NCBI GenBank assembly: GCA_965153455.1 | Contig: OZ234493.1 | Span: 34,152,213-34,216,212 of the forward strand | From: Sphagnum compactum | Taxonomy: Eukaryota | Length of the DNA stretch: 64,000 nt | Reading direction: 5' to 3' | Shown here: positions 1 through 12,820 of the stretch, in pieces | How the letters are laid out: each line of letters begins with the position of its first letter | Position numbering within the stretch: the stretch's first letter is position 1 | Notes under the pieces: model-generated | Told to the model about the DNA's origin: nothing | What the model saw: the letters and a program-made list of their open reading frames with translations, nothing else | The model's database searches: none | Made by a program: the position numbers and the translations under genes

Positions 1-3000
1 AATCATTTGAGATATTGTTCATTGGTCCATTGGAATAAAATTTTCTTATTTATTTAAGTCGTTTGTATTATATTTTTCTTGTCCAAATGTGAATAATAGT
101 CAACCTATATGGCCAAAGTGAACCAGCACCTACCAGCACACCATCCACTGGATGCCCATTATAATTTCTCGGTTGTGGATGAACCTCAATTGAGTTAATA
201 TTTGATTTCACACTTACAAGTATTGGTTTTGGGAAAAGCTAAAATTTAAATTAGAAACATGGTCTTGAAGTTTTAATGTCCAACCAAACATGTACTAATG
301 CACTATCCATGTTTTCATATTAGCCTTAAGGTCCAAGTATGCTAACAATAGCCAAGGATGTGTTGAATTTCAAAAATCATGCACTCCCATGACTTTGAAA
401 ATGAAGTATATCAATTTTAAAGGTTGAAATGTAATTTGTTTGATGGACAATGTTTTTATATTAGTGAATTTGTATTTAAATTATTTTCATAAAATTTTGA
501 AACGTTTCATTTGTTCATTTATTGATATAAAGATTGGGTAAGCAGTTGTTGATTGGGTCTTTTTTATTTCAATTGTGCGAAAGTTATTATATGTGAAACT
601 AAACCATTTATTTTCAAAATGCATGAAAACACATATATTGATGATTATGAGGGCATCTGGAATTGAAAAAAATTGACATTATGTTTTAATGTGATGATAC
701 ATTGATATATTTTGAATCTACTTTTGATTATTCAAAACACATAATTCGATAAACTTCATTGAAGAAGAAATGTTCTTTGCTATATAAGAAAAGGCTATGT
801 TTCATTTTGATGAAAAATGGATGTGCTATTATGTTTTTTCATATTAATATCATGTTTTGAAAACTACATGGTTACTGATATTTAATACAAAACTTGATAC
901 CATAGAATAAAATAAAATAGTAAATACATGTTATTTGTTGTTTCAAAATTAGTTTTTTTTTGAAGGGCAAACCCATCCTTGTGTGATACCACTAGGAACC
1001 AACCATCTTAAGGAATGGTTTACAAAATAAAATAAACCAAATAATGTTTTTGGGCCCTTTCCTTTAAATGTTTTCATATTTATAATTTTTTTCTCATGTT
1101 TATCCATTGCATGCACAAGGATATGGTTTTAAGGTTTTATTAGAATAGAAAAAGGTAGAAATGGATACAAATTTGTATTCATAATTGTCATGGTCTTTGT
1201 AGAAATCATGCTCTTGAACTTTGAAAACTCATAATTAAATTATATAGGCACTCAATTAATTATCTATATTAAAAAAACACCATCAAAACTACATTAAAAA
1301 ACATTTCTCAAAACAAATCTCAAAACATGTTTCAAATTTGAGTTTTTAACCAAAAAGTTCAAATAAAGAAAAGACCATTATATTTCTTAAAGTTTTTTAA
1401 ATTGCCATGATTAAAGAACATCAAAATAATAATTATTTTTGATATCATTAAAGTTTCAAAATCCACATGACCAATAAGTGTACTTACCAAAACATCATAA
1501 TGAAAATCCTTCTTTAAGCATTTCTTATGATTTTTCAAAATTCCATGGGTTCAAGAAAATGTAAGTGTGACATTCTTAGTTGTACCACTCAAGAGTGTCT
1601 AGATTGAAACACACTATGCCAAATTAATGTTGTAAGTGAAATTAGCATTGAACTACACTTTGAGATTAAAAGAGATCATACACACATTACGTAATAAATT
1701 TTCATCTCATAAATTTGTGAGAAACTATTTGGTACATGACAATTACATGAGTGTTTTGTAAAAAAAATACTATGGCCTTGGACTAGGTGGCTCATATTAC
1801 TATGTTTGCATCCCTTATTATGATTCGAGTCATTGATGATTTGTTGTCCATGAAACTTAATATCCTATTTAACTTCTTCATATCATTAAAGCTCAAGTAG
1901 AGATTCTTAGGGTAATATAACTATTTTACCTTACAAGCAACATTATAGTGAAGTAGCATACACAAGAATATGCTCAAACAAACTATATATGATTATTGAA
2001 AGATTTCATCAAAATTTGTATGTTCAAATGAAAAAAGTTTGTAAATTTATAGAAAGTGGACTGCTGAAATTTGTGTAGGCCATCAAATTAATTCAGAAAT
2101 GATTGAAAAGCTGACGAAAAGAAAAGTGAATAAAATCTAATTTCTATTTACAACTAAATTCAAACCACATGCAACGGAAACACAAACCAAAGAAGAAAAC
2201 GCAAGCGCATATAAATTTCCTAATGTGCAACTGAATCAATTTATAGGCGACTAAAACCCAACTGAAAACAAAATAATTTTCTTGTGCATCTATAACCAAA
2301 ATTTGAATACCCGGGAGTTCAAATGTGCTGAATGGAATTGCTTTGCTGTGTGTTTTTACAGTTGTGAAAAAAAGACCACAACAATGTCAGTATATAAATG
2401 ATTTTATGTACCAAACAGTTGAGGTTAGTGGAAGTATGTGCAATGAATGGATCAATTTCATGGCCCAGCAGCAAAGGTGAAATGGGGTAATTTGTACGCC
2501 CATCCTGCTTGCACAAACACAAGTACAACCTCATGTTTAAAACGCTGCCTGGGAATACACAAGAATTCCATGAGAAAATCAACACTTTGGGCTGTGTGCT
2601 AAGTGCAATCAATCACAGGAGCTGTTTCAACAGGGCCAAAGTGAACAAGCACCCACTAGAACACCATGCAGGATGGATGGTGTGTGGACAGGAAACCCTC
2701 TTTGGTTGTATTCCTGTCCCATGACTAACCACAGTTGTTAGCTAACCCTAAACCCTAAACTAACATCGACATGTGTCTACTTACCTAATAGCCACAAGTG
2801 CCTTACTTACTCACATATACCTACACAGTAGATCGACCACTACTATTCCCTACCTACTTATCTATAATACTTACTCACATACACAAGTATAGTTACCTAG
2901 ATAGTGTGAGGTGGAAGGAAGTAGGAGGGCTTACAGGATTCATTACCAACATACAACCTTGGCAACTCAGTTGTAGTCCATCCACATCTAATTAAGTCAC

Positions 3001-5188
3001 AACATTCGGTTTCCAATGGATGGTGCACAAATGGGTACTGGGTCACATAATCCTTTCACCAAAAAGCTTTATAATACTTCAATATCTGTTGTGTGCACTC
3101 TTGCATACCATCCACACTCTTGCACATCATCCAAACCCCATATATGTGTGGATAACTTCAACTATATGGAACCATACAAGGTTGCCCAAAAATTGTTGCT
3201 GTTGGAAACAACTTGGGACACAGAAAAGTAACTAGTCAGAAACAGCAGCATACAAAAAAACATTTGGCATGTGTACACATTTAACAATTATTGTATCAAA
3301 TATGTATACAAATGTAAAAAAACTACTGGTCTGTTCCAGAGGAACCTCTCATCAGTATCTATGTCTAGGGTAAAGCCCGAAGATGGGGGCACTCCCAAAA
3401 GAAGGGGCCTAGGACAAGATGGTAAACAAGTTAGTTGCACCCTAAACCCTAAAACAGTTTACATATATGTCCACCATCTGTGGACTTTACCCGGTGGAAA
3501 GCATGAGGCAAAGGTTATCACACCTACTCTTCAAGGCCTAAAGTGTGAGCGTGTAAGATCCCTCCCAACTCTTTCTTTTTTTATTTTTTTGAAACACAGC
3601 AGTAGACCCAACTAATAAGCCACTGGGCAAAACCCAAATCAAGTTCAGTGGCAGAGGGCCAGGAGGGGCTTTCTTTCACCTGCACAGCAGTGGGTTTGAT
3701 CCCACAACCTTTCTTGAGGTCCCAGGGTCCCAGACAGGGGCTATACCGCTGAGTATCACCCCCAGGGAGATCCATCTCACTTGTAAGGAATAGCTCAAAT
3801 AGTTCTGACCTATTGGCATATACTAGGTGGCCCTCAAATACACTAGGAAATTTCTCCCCGCGCTCTATGTCCTCATGCTGAGATTGAGAACATATTAGAA
3901 ACATCTTTCAACAACAAGGTCCAGTAATTTTTTGCGACAAGGGTCATGTGACCATAATGGTTATAGGGGATGGACTCCACCCTTAAACACAACACCACAG
4001 CCTTCTTAGGGTCTATTGCTCTCTCAAATGCATGTGACCAGCACATAGAAAATAGTGAGATCTAGCAAATACCATACTTGTACCTTGGCAACTTCAGAAA
4101 TGTTGACATTTTTTTATTAAGAAAAATTCAAAGAACAAATTTTTTGTGAAGGGAAATATTGAATCTTCAATGATATTATATTTGTAAAACTGAGAATTTA
4201 AAAATGAATTAATTGTTCAAAAACATGTGTTAAGTTGCCAAGGTACTACAGTCTACTAAGGATGTGGCAGAATCTATTCTGAGTGCCAATTCTGTCATAA
4301 TGGCCATGGGTCAGACCTGGCTGACAAAATCACTCCTCAGGGTCCTCCCAATGGCCATTACATAATACACAAATGTGCTGCAAACAGAGTGAAAACAACT
4401 TAGAAGTGGAAGACATTGTTCTATTAATAGGTCACTGCCGTGTTGCTTAGGTCCTTAGGCCTTGTGGTACGCTGTCCTGGGTTGACCTATTCGTCCATTA
4501 CAAACGAAATAAATGAAGAAAATAAATCTTAATGAGTTGCATGGGTAAATGAACTTACAAGTACATCAGGGACAAGCTTTGATAATCGCCAGACGCATGC
4601 TTCTTGAGCTTGCTTTCAGCCAGCTTTTCCCTTTAAATGTTCGGTCGAGATTTGGCTTGACAGGAAGAGATCCCCTATGCAATACTCTTTGCACAACTCT
4701 TTTTTTTCAGAACCTCACAGACCTAATTGAGGCTCGTGTGAATAATGTAGTTGTCCTAGAGACCAGTATCCCCCAAATGCAGATCCAATGATATATGTGC
4801 ATCGAGCATTGGAGAGTGTCCAATCCTGCAACCATTTCAGCTTAGAGCAGCCCTACTGTTGGTCTCCAGATTCTCAGCTCGCTCATACTGTCCAGAGTAA
4901 TTTGTAGCAATTGGGGTTATCCAGGACATGCCAGACTCCAATCTACATATGAGTCAAGGACGGCCATTGCACCTTTGCCACAGATGGGTACCACCGCTTT
5001 CTCCGACAACTGCTGGACAAGAGATAACACTCGGATGAACTCGACCAATTGTTCAATGCGGAGATGGAAAATGTCTCTTTGACGTTCCTGGCACTGCCAC
5101 ATTATACGTCGAGGGTGTTATCGAAGGTGTGGAGCTGCAGTCTGTCGTAATCAAGCGATTTTGTTCAAGGGCTTATATGTCTGCAAAA

Positions 5189-6618
5189 CTACCTCAGAGG
5201 CTGATCCCTGAGTGTAGACTTGGTAGCTTGAATGGAAGAGAGCATTTTGGCCACGACAAGATCCTTGGATTTCAGCTGAGTTTGAGTGACTGAGAATGGA
5301 TGTCTACCATCTTCATTTTTTACTGCACAAGGTTTTGTGGGACCATTTGCTGGCATATCAGGCGCGAGAGCCTCCAAATCAGATGATGAAAAACGTGAAG
5401 AAACCTCGGGCTTAGGAGGAAGAACTTCTTTGCTAACATGGTTGGTACCTGCTTGGTCACAGAGGTTCTCTAAGGCAGCAGGTGTTTGGTATGCTTCTTC
5501 AAGGTTTGTGACACTTGCTATCAGGACGTGTTTGGCTGCAGGAATGCCTGCCGCACGATCGCTTGACCTGAGCTCAGAGGATCGTGCAGCTAATATATGA
5601 CGCCAGTGTGTATGAAGACTTTGTTGGACGTTCTGTAGAACGGGACTCGAGATTTTGGAGGCAAAATTTGGAGGCAAAGTTCCCGCAATAGTTTGATGAC
5701 TCGAGTGCGAACGTGAATATAAATCTTGTTCAAGTTCCTCCGAAAGACGGACCACTTGCTTCTCGAGTGACACAACCTCCTCTTCCAGCACTGCTACTTC
5801 AAACAGCAATTTTCTTGTCTGCAGAACATGTCCAGAATATATCGCATTTTAGCTCATTCAAACTTCTTTTGTAGATCCAGAAACCTGACTAGAGTTTCAA
5901 GGTGCCCGACCTCTCGAGAGGTGGATCCATACATTGAGTTCTGTGTACTGACCTCACCAATATTGTTTGCAAACATAGCTAACTACTTCTAATAGGTTTC
6001 CAACCCTCTAAGAACAGTGTTGAAGTATTATAGCATAGAATCTGAGAAGCGAACCTGAACCGGAAGATTGTTTGGAATACGAGGCAGCGATCCCAAAGCT
6101 CTATGGAAACCGCGATTGAGTGCATTGCGCAGGCTCAACTCCTGCGTCAGGCTTTTCTGTAGCCTGTTTACCTTATCATCCACACCAAAAACTTCCGTAA
6201 ACCAAAGAATCTCAGGCTGCTGCAAGTGAAATCCCGGGGAAAAATCCTGAACCCTATATATCGGCGCTTCAGACATAGATCTAGATGTGTAGACACTACA
6301 ACTTTCAACTGGACTATAACATTAAAGCCCGGGGCCGAATGTTCTTGATCAAGTGCAGGTCGCAAACCAGGTGTATAGCTACAATGAAGATCATCATCAA
6401 TCGCGGCTTCAAAACAAGAGATCTGATCGCGCGAATCTTCTTCACAAGGTGAACAAATACAAGTTTTCAATCCTGACCAAAATGTAGGAAACAAGTATGC
6501 TCACCTCTTTCTCCAGGGCAGTGATCCGCTGATCTTGACGACATTCGGCCCGTCTTGTGTTGTTTACTGCAGAGATCCTCTTCGACGGTCTTGTTTGATT
6601 TATGTTTCCGAGAAACAT
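5189..6618 (-). CDS. Lzipper-MIP1 (ternary complex factor MIP1 leucine-zipper) domain protein; predicted exons 6618-6505, 6171-6055, 5818-5189 (~286 aa); no DUF547 seen
   Basis: Spliced translation ...ITALEKE|VNRLQKSLTQELSLRNALNRGFHRALGSLPRIPNNLPVQ|TRKLLFEVAVLEEEVVSLEKQVVRLSEEL matches the Lzipper-MIP1 pattern (L..EV..L...L..E...R.AL.R....LP.....L..E.AVLE.EV..LE). Both introns are GT..AG phase 0 (donors 6504, 6054; acceptors 6172, 5819). The start codon is uncertain. Confidence 0.75.
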
Positions 6619-7750
6619 AACAGATCTCAGACATAACAAATCTGTCAAGCTTCTAGAGATCTCTAGAGTTCAGACAGGCTGATCTTGGTCTGTAAGACAC
6701 GCTCTTCAGAAAACAAAAATGCTGTGAAGCATTCCTAAGGGAAAGAACAGGTCACCATTCTATCAAAACGAAAGGGAATGATCAAGACGCTGTCACTGCG
6801 GCTTCTGAGACAAGCGGATCAGAACGAAAGAAATCAACTTTCAAGGAAGAAAAGATGTGGAAACAGAGAACGAGATCAGGCACGTCAAGCCAATAGCCCC
6901 GGGTAGTTAGCTGTAATACTACTACTACGCGGATGCTCGTATGGCGAAGATTTAGGAAGGGAAATACAGATCTGGAGTTTGTACGAAAAGGAGAGATACA
7001 AGAAGCTAACGATGATTACACGGAAATTGATATTCAGATTCCTTGTGCGCTCTAGCGTGTGTTCCTTCTTTGATTGAGAGAGAGCCCGCCGCGTGACAAA
7101 GCCAATTGACAGTCGAATTGCATCGCTCCTGTTGACCACATCGAGTCTGTACATGCAACATCGAAACGTCATTTGAGGTTTTTTTTTGCTTCATGGAGGC
7201 TCTCGTTAAAGTCATGACGACAAGACCTGAAGCAGCAGCGTGAACGCACCCCCAAAATTGAAAAGCTCTAGATCAGAATTAGCACTCGGTTATCTGTATT
7301 ACCTGCAATGGCGCGGATTCGGTACCAAGTCTATTTTCTGTATCATCGCATTGGAGACGAAAAAGAACGAAAGAAACAAAGGGTCTCACCAGACCAAAAC
7401 GAACTGCAAAAAGAAAGCTCTCTGTGGCGAGCTCACGAACGAATCTGGCAGACATCGGCGCGACCGGACTAGTATCCAAAGCATCGCATCGAACTACAGT
7501 TTTGCCACGGTCAAGAACCCCCAAAATCGTGTCACACGCTTCGATCCGGATCGATTCGGGGATCGGTTTTCCGTTGTGCTAGGCAGCGTACAACAACGCA
7601 GACAGACGGGCAAGAGTCCAAGAGAGAGAGAGAGCCAAAAAGCTGACAAGAAATGCGGTAATAGTCTGCCGCAATCGACGTTTGCTTTCTGGCAACGTAA
7701 CCGGTTTTGGTGTCTTCTTCCGCGACTGTTTTAGGGTTGTAACTTGTTTC

Positions 7751-8155
7751 GGCCAAAGTGAACCAGCGCCCACTAGTGAGTGCATCATGATGGATGGATG
7801 ATAACTGGTCATGAAATAGTTTTCTATTGGGTTCCAGTTCACTAACTAACTATGGTGGTTAGATCAGCTGCGTTTTTTACTACCTACCTATTAACAAAAC
7901 ACAAGTTGGCGGGCCGTTAATAGGTAGGTAGTAAAAACAGCCCTTACCTATGTTTAAACTATCTATTTTATCTAGTAGTCACCCATTTTATTACCTATCT
8001 ACTCATATGTAAGACCTACTTCTTACAAAATAGGTCACCAAGGTGAAACCAGATATTAACCCAGGTAAAGTTCATCCACAACTGATTGGTAGTGGTCATC
8101 TAGTGCATCTAGTGGATGGTGAGTTGCTGGGTGCGGGTGCTGGTTCACTTCAGCA
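7751..8155. mobile_element. ~400-bp MITE (family with terminal AAGTGAACCAGCRCCC repeats)
   Basis: 16-bp TIR with one mismatch (7756-7771 / 8135-8150) and an internal perfect 22-bp hairpin. An inverted homologous copy lies at ~40441-40805, with fragments at ~112-190, ~2634-2680, ~24745-24900 and ~46200-46330. Confidence 0.7.
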
Positions 8156-10385
8156 GATTTTCCCTTGTTGGGACAACTGGAACCAGCAAGTGGTTCTGTC
8201 AGTTGCACTTGTGACGTGAATCAACCTGTTGTAACAAATGCTCTGGAACCGACAACTATTGGTCTGGAATATCCCTAGCAGTGTTTTTGGGCAGTACTTA
8301 AGATTGAGGGATAGATACCCAACGGTTATCAACCAATGAGAACCCCATATGCAAAGAACCGCTTTTGATATATAACTGCAGTTCTCAAAAGGTATGAATG
8401 AAGAGTACCCAAAAAAAAATTTGCCCAGCAAATGGCAAGTTCTTTGTCAATTCTTTCATTGAAAACCATGCATTCTGTAAGCTTTTTGAAATAATTGAAA
8501 CTCGTGGGTTATGTATTATATTCTGAATTTTTTTCAAAGAACCGAAATCAACGGTTCTCTAATTCTAGAATATTTAAACAACCCAAACTAGTGGTTCTTT
8601 CGGAAACTCAAAGAACTGCACAACTATTGTATATCTATAGGCTTACAGTGGCTGGTATCAACACGGGTAGCAAGGAGCCTAACATATAGTAAGAGCTGAG
8701 GCAATACCAGCCTTTATACCAGTAGTAGTCTGGTGGGTACTTGAGATAAAACCAGAGCCTTTCTACCTGTTTTATACAAGTCTCAATACCACACATATGT
8801 GTATATATATATATCTGCCTCCTGATACCAACCAAACATCAGTCTTGGACCCCATAACAGGACGAGACTGGTATGAAAGTTGTGAAAAGTACCCACATGC
8901 ATTACCAAAGTCACATGTGACCAAAGCCAACATCAGATGTCCAAATGAATTCCCAGCAAGAAGAAAAACCCTGTAATTAAAAATCAAGGATGGGAACCCA
9001 TCCAGCAAAGGTACAAGGCAAATGAGAACACAAGTAGACAAAACAAAAAGCAAACAATCAACAGAAATCAAGTAAAGACCCTATGCAAAGAAGATTCATG
9101 ACTATGAAATGACAATCAACCATAACAAAAAAGACCTAAGAAGAAAGAGTTGTCATCTGCCACAAATCAGATAGTGACAGAGGTGCACTAGCTATGATGT
9201 GTGGAAGAGATGAGGAACCCCACCAAGGGCAACAGAGATGGCCCAAATTTCCAGCTGGTACCTCACATGTCAGAAAATTTATGTTATTGTCACTCATGAG
9301 AGAGATCCCACCTTTCACTCTAAGCTTCTAAGAGTCAATTGGTCTTTACAATGAGTGCAACTGGCACATAGTTGTTCTCTGTGAAGTGTGGCAAAATAGT
9401 CTACAAAGGTTTCTCCTGATGTGGTAGAGTCTCAATTGAGAAACCATAATAGTCACCTAATAGAGAAATGAGATGATGCTCATACTTTTGAAATTTTTGG
9501 TGAACAGACCCTTGAAAATCTAGAAAATTCCAAACCACATTGCTTAATTTTTTACAATTCAAGATTTGTTGTTTGAACACAGAAAAAAAATTATGCATCC
9601 ATTTGTCACTTATAAAAGAACCCCCAATACTTGTAGTCAGATGAAATTTCAGAAATGTGTCATGTAAAACTGGATTTGAGAAATCTGACAAGTTTGTTAG
9701 GTAGTTGAGAAATTTCAAGATACATCTACTGCTTTGCTACAATGAACAGGATACATTACCAGAATTTCACTCAGCACAAATGGTTGAAGTAATAGGAATC
9801 ACCATGTGCCAAAATGTAAAATCTTCACCTTGTCGAAACCAGATATGACAAATGCTTGTGTTGTCCAAAATAAATTCATTGATCAGACTTATAAACCATC
9901 ATCAGATGGGATAATGGCATCTTTTCATTAGGCTACTGGGCAGTGTTTTTTCTGGTGATTATTTTTGTAGAAGATAAGATTTTTTCAAACATTCTCTTTT
10001 AAAGCAAGTAGTCAAGATATAAAAGAATTCTAACACATTTATACTTTGATAGCTAGTCTGTAGCCAAATGTGGCTAAATCTCCTCTTTGTGGATGATTGC
10101 CAGAAACGAAATTCAAAAAACAAAAACAAAAACTGTCACACGGATCAGCATTGGTGATCAGACCAATTTTCCCTTATGTTGTTTAAACACATTGTGTGCA
10201 AAGTCATCTCACAACTCTACCAGTCAAGAATTGACCAATCGCAGGAGCTGTGAGAGTTACAAGTTAAATTGTGACTCACCGTACAGTGACTTTTGTCTTT
10301 TTTATGAGAACATGTGTTCTCAGAGTTCCTAACACAATTAATTACTTGCAGCTCTTCCATGGAAAGCCTCTGACCTTGCAATAAG

Positions 10386-10598
10386 AAACAAGGCCTTATG
10401 TCAGTGGCATTCTCTTATGCTACTGTGATCACAACATGTAATGATCACAACATGCTATGTGTAACTAAACAAGACCCTATGTCACTGGCTTTCTCTTATG
10501 CTACTGTGATCACAACATGTAATGATCACAACATGCTATGTGTAACTAAACAAGACCCTATGTCACTGGCTTTCCCTTAGGCTACTATGATCACAACA
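10386..10598. repeat. Tandem duplication, 81-bp period, ~2.5 copies
   Basis: Unit TATGTCA(G/C)TGGC...AAACAAGACCC starts at 10397, 10478 and 10559; the copies are nearly identical. Confidence 0.9.
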
Positions 10599-11501
10599 CA
10601 CTAGTGTTTTTTGTTCTGGCAAAGAATAGCCAAATTCCTATTTTTTTAAAAGGGTAGCTACTCATACAAAGGAAAAAAGGGGGCGGGGGATTAAGAAAGT
10701 TTGTCAGAAAACATTCAGTGCTAGATGTCATGGGCCAGATTGCACTGCATCAGCAGTCCCAATTTGCCAACCTAAGCCCTAAACCCTTTTAGGGTGTTGC
10801 TGAGTAGAGATGCCGATAGTCGTCGATTTCGTCAACAAGCAAAATCTTGATCGTCCAAAGAGCCAGGTTGTGAAGAAGTCGTCTTTTTCCTTGTTGGCTT
10901 GTTTCACACAAGAGTTGCAAGAATTCACCAAGAGTAGCTCTCATTTATTTTTTGTTCTCGCCAAGTCTTTCCCATAGTGTATGCACTATCGTCAAAGCCT
11001 TGTTTGTGCTTGCCAAGAGGGCAGGTCTTCATTGTGGCAGATGAGATGTTTCTTCAATGTGCATGGAAACAACAGAGTTTCGTTCGTGTTGTTTGGAGTT
11101 GACATTGATGTTTGTTTTGAAACTCTTGCCAGTGGAGGGAGTACTTCTTCCTCCAAACCCATTGTCTTTATTTGTTGAAGTCCTTTTGTGCATTGTGTAT
11201 TGAATTGTCAAGGCATTTTTGTGCTTCATTGCAATGTGTAGGACAAAGGTTTATTGCAAGCATGGTGTGCGTCATTGGTTTCAAACCAGGTTGGTGTGCT
11301 TGTGTTTCAACAAGACTTGCTAGAGATTTTTCATGCATCACAATCCTATAGAATCCCAAGAACATCCATGAAACTGTTGTCGAAATGTCCATTGAATAGG
11401 ATTTTGTGTTTTAATTTTGTAGGATTGTTCATGTGTCCAAAACGTAATTTGAGGTCAATTGGGTTAATATTCTATACACCCCCCCTTGTTCATATCTTGT
11501 T

Positions 11502-12380
11502 TATTGCAACCCTAATGTCGAGTTCACTAATAAATGTGAAGTGTAAGGGCACATAAGGCCAAAAGAGTGTGCTCGAAAGTGAAACACAGTCTCACAAGTG
11601 GGGGAGAGTGTAAGAAATTGAGCCCAATGACTGCCAAATGCACTCTCACTTTGGGAACTACATTCATGCGAGAGTCCCAAATATTCAGAACGTTGGTTGA
11701 AAAAGCAAACAAGCATGAAATTGTCCCCCCAAGATATCATTGGAAAAGTATCAAAGTGTAGATGCCTAAAGTGCCCTCTCATTGTTCATTTAGATCTCAA
11801 ATGCATGAATTATGTCTCAAAAGAAGGGTTGACAGTCAAATTGGGAATTTGAATCCCGACCACAAATCCCCTTAAATCAGGGGTCAAATGATTTATGATT
11901 GGGGCATGTAATACAACGTTGCAAAGATTTTTTTGAGGGCTATAACATATTGCTCTTGCATGATTTGAAGAAGACATGAATGTCCAAAGTCTTGGGATAG
12001 CAAGAATCCCAATTTTGGGGAAAAAATGTCATTTGATGTAACCCCTTTAGAAACTCACAAAGGATATTATAGGGAAGGGAGTGATGCCTCCTCCCAAAAG
12101 TTACGGGCCGTGTAAAGTTTATGCTTGAGGTTGTCCCTACTAAGTTCATCGTACCACTTGCGTTCGACTTGCATTAACCGCCCTTTTTCTTTGGTTGTGT
12201 AGGTTGATTTCATTTTGAACTTTTGCTTGTGAATTTGTTTTAATCTCATCTTGGTGCTCTAGCATGCCCTCCTACACTAAACGAGTTGCGAACTAGGGAA
12301 CGTGCCCTGACTTTTTTTTTTTTCATTGTTTAATTCTAGGAACCCCTTTTGGGTTTCCTAAAGAATTTGGGTGTGTGTCA
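11502..12380. mobile_element. Probable solo LTR (~880 bp) of an LTR retrotransposon
   Basis: Begins TATTGCAACC (degenerate TGTTGCAACC) and ends GTGTCA. Flanks TTGTT / CTGCT differ only by C/T changes (decayed 5-bp TSD). It interrupts one copy of a local repeat whose uninterrupted twin lies at ~12495-12655. Non-coding. Confidence 0.6.
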
Positions 12381-12820
12381 CTGCTAATGTTGGTTGCTTA
12401 TCAACTCTAACTTCTTTTGGCTTGTGTTAATGCAAATTGCATAATGCATTCTCAACTTCCTTCAAATCAATTCATTCATAAAAAGTCCAAAACCCAATTT
12501 AGGCTTAATTTGGGTTAGCGTTCTAGAACACCCCCCCCCCCCCCTTTTTCATATTTTGTTGGCAGTTGGTTACTTGTTAGGTTGATATAACTTCAATTGG
12601 CTTATGTTTATGCAATTTGCACACTGCATTTTCAATTTCTTTCAAATTGATTCTTGAACTTCTCTTTTAAATTTTCTAGATTGTAAAGGTTTAGACTCTA
12701 AAGGTGCAATTTAGGGTTCCACAAAAAGTCCACAACCTAGTTCAAGGTTTAAATATGCCTCCTCAACTACCACGATTTTACACATTCAAATTATTATATT
12801 TTCGTAGGAACCCAGTTGCT

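Noticed and set aside
3330-4060. GC-richer tract with ORFs 3271-3615 and 3581-3904
   Set aside because: No recognisable protein motif or clear termini; probably a retroelement non-coding fragment.
5181-5192. Apparent 12-nt GT...AG micro-intron at the MIP1 stop codon
   Set aside because: Too short to splice, and all frames stop within 10 codons downstream.
7240-7842. Overlapping ORFs (164, 81, 74, 87 aa)
   Set aside because: Probably a CpG-rich promoter or 5' UTR of the MIP1 gene; non-ATG or motif-less ORFs.
8640-9350. Possible Copia LTR/PBS fragment (GTAAAGACC...GGTCTTTACA at 9072-9350; TGGTATCAG on the minus strand at ~8830)
   Set aside because: No TSD, the PBS-like motif is not adjacent to an LTR end, and there is no gag/pol sequence.
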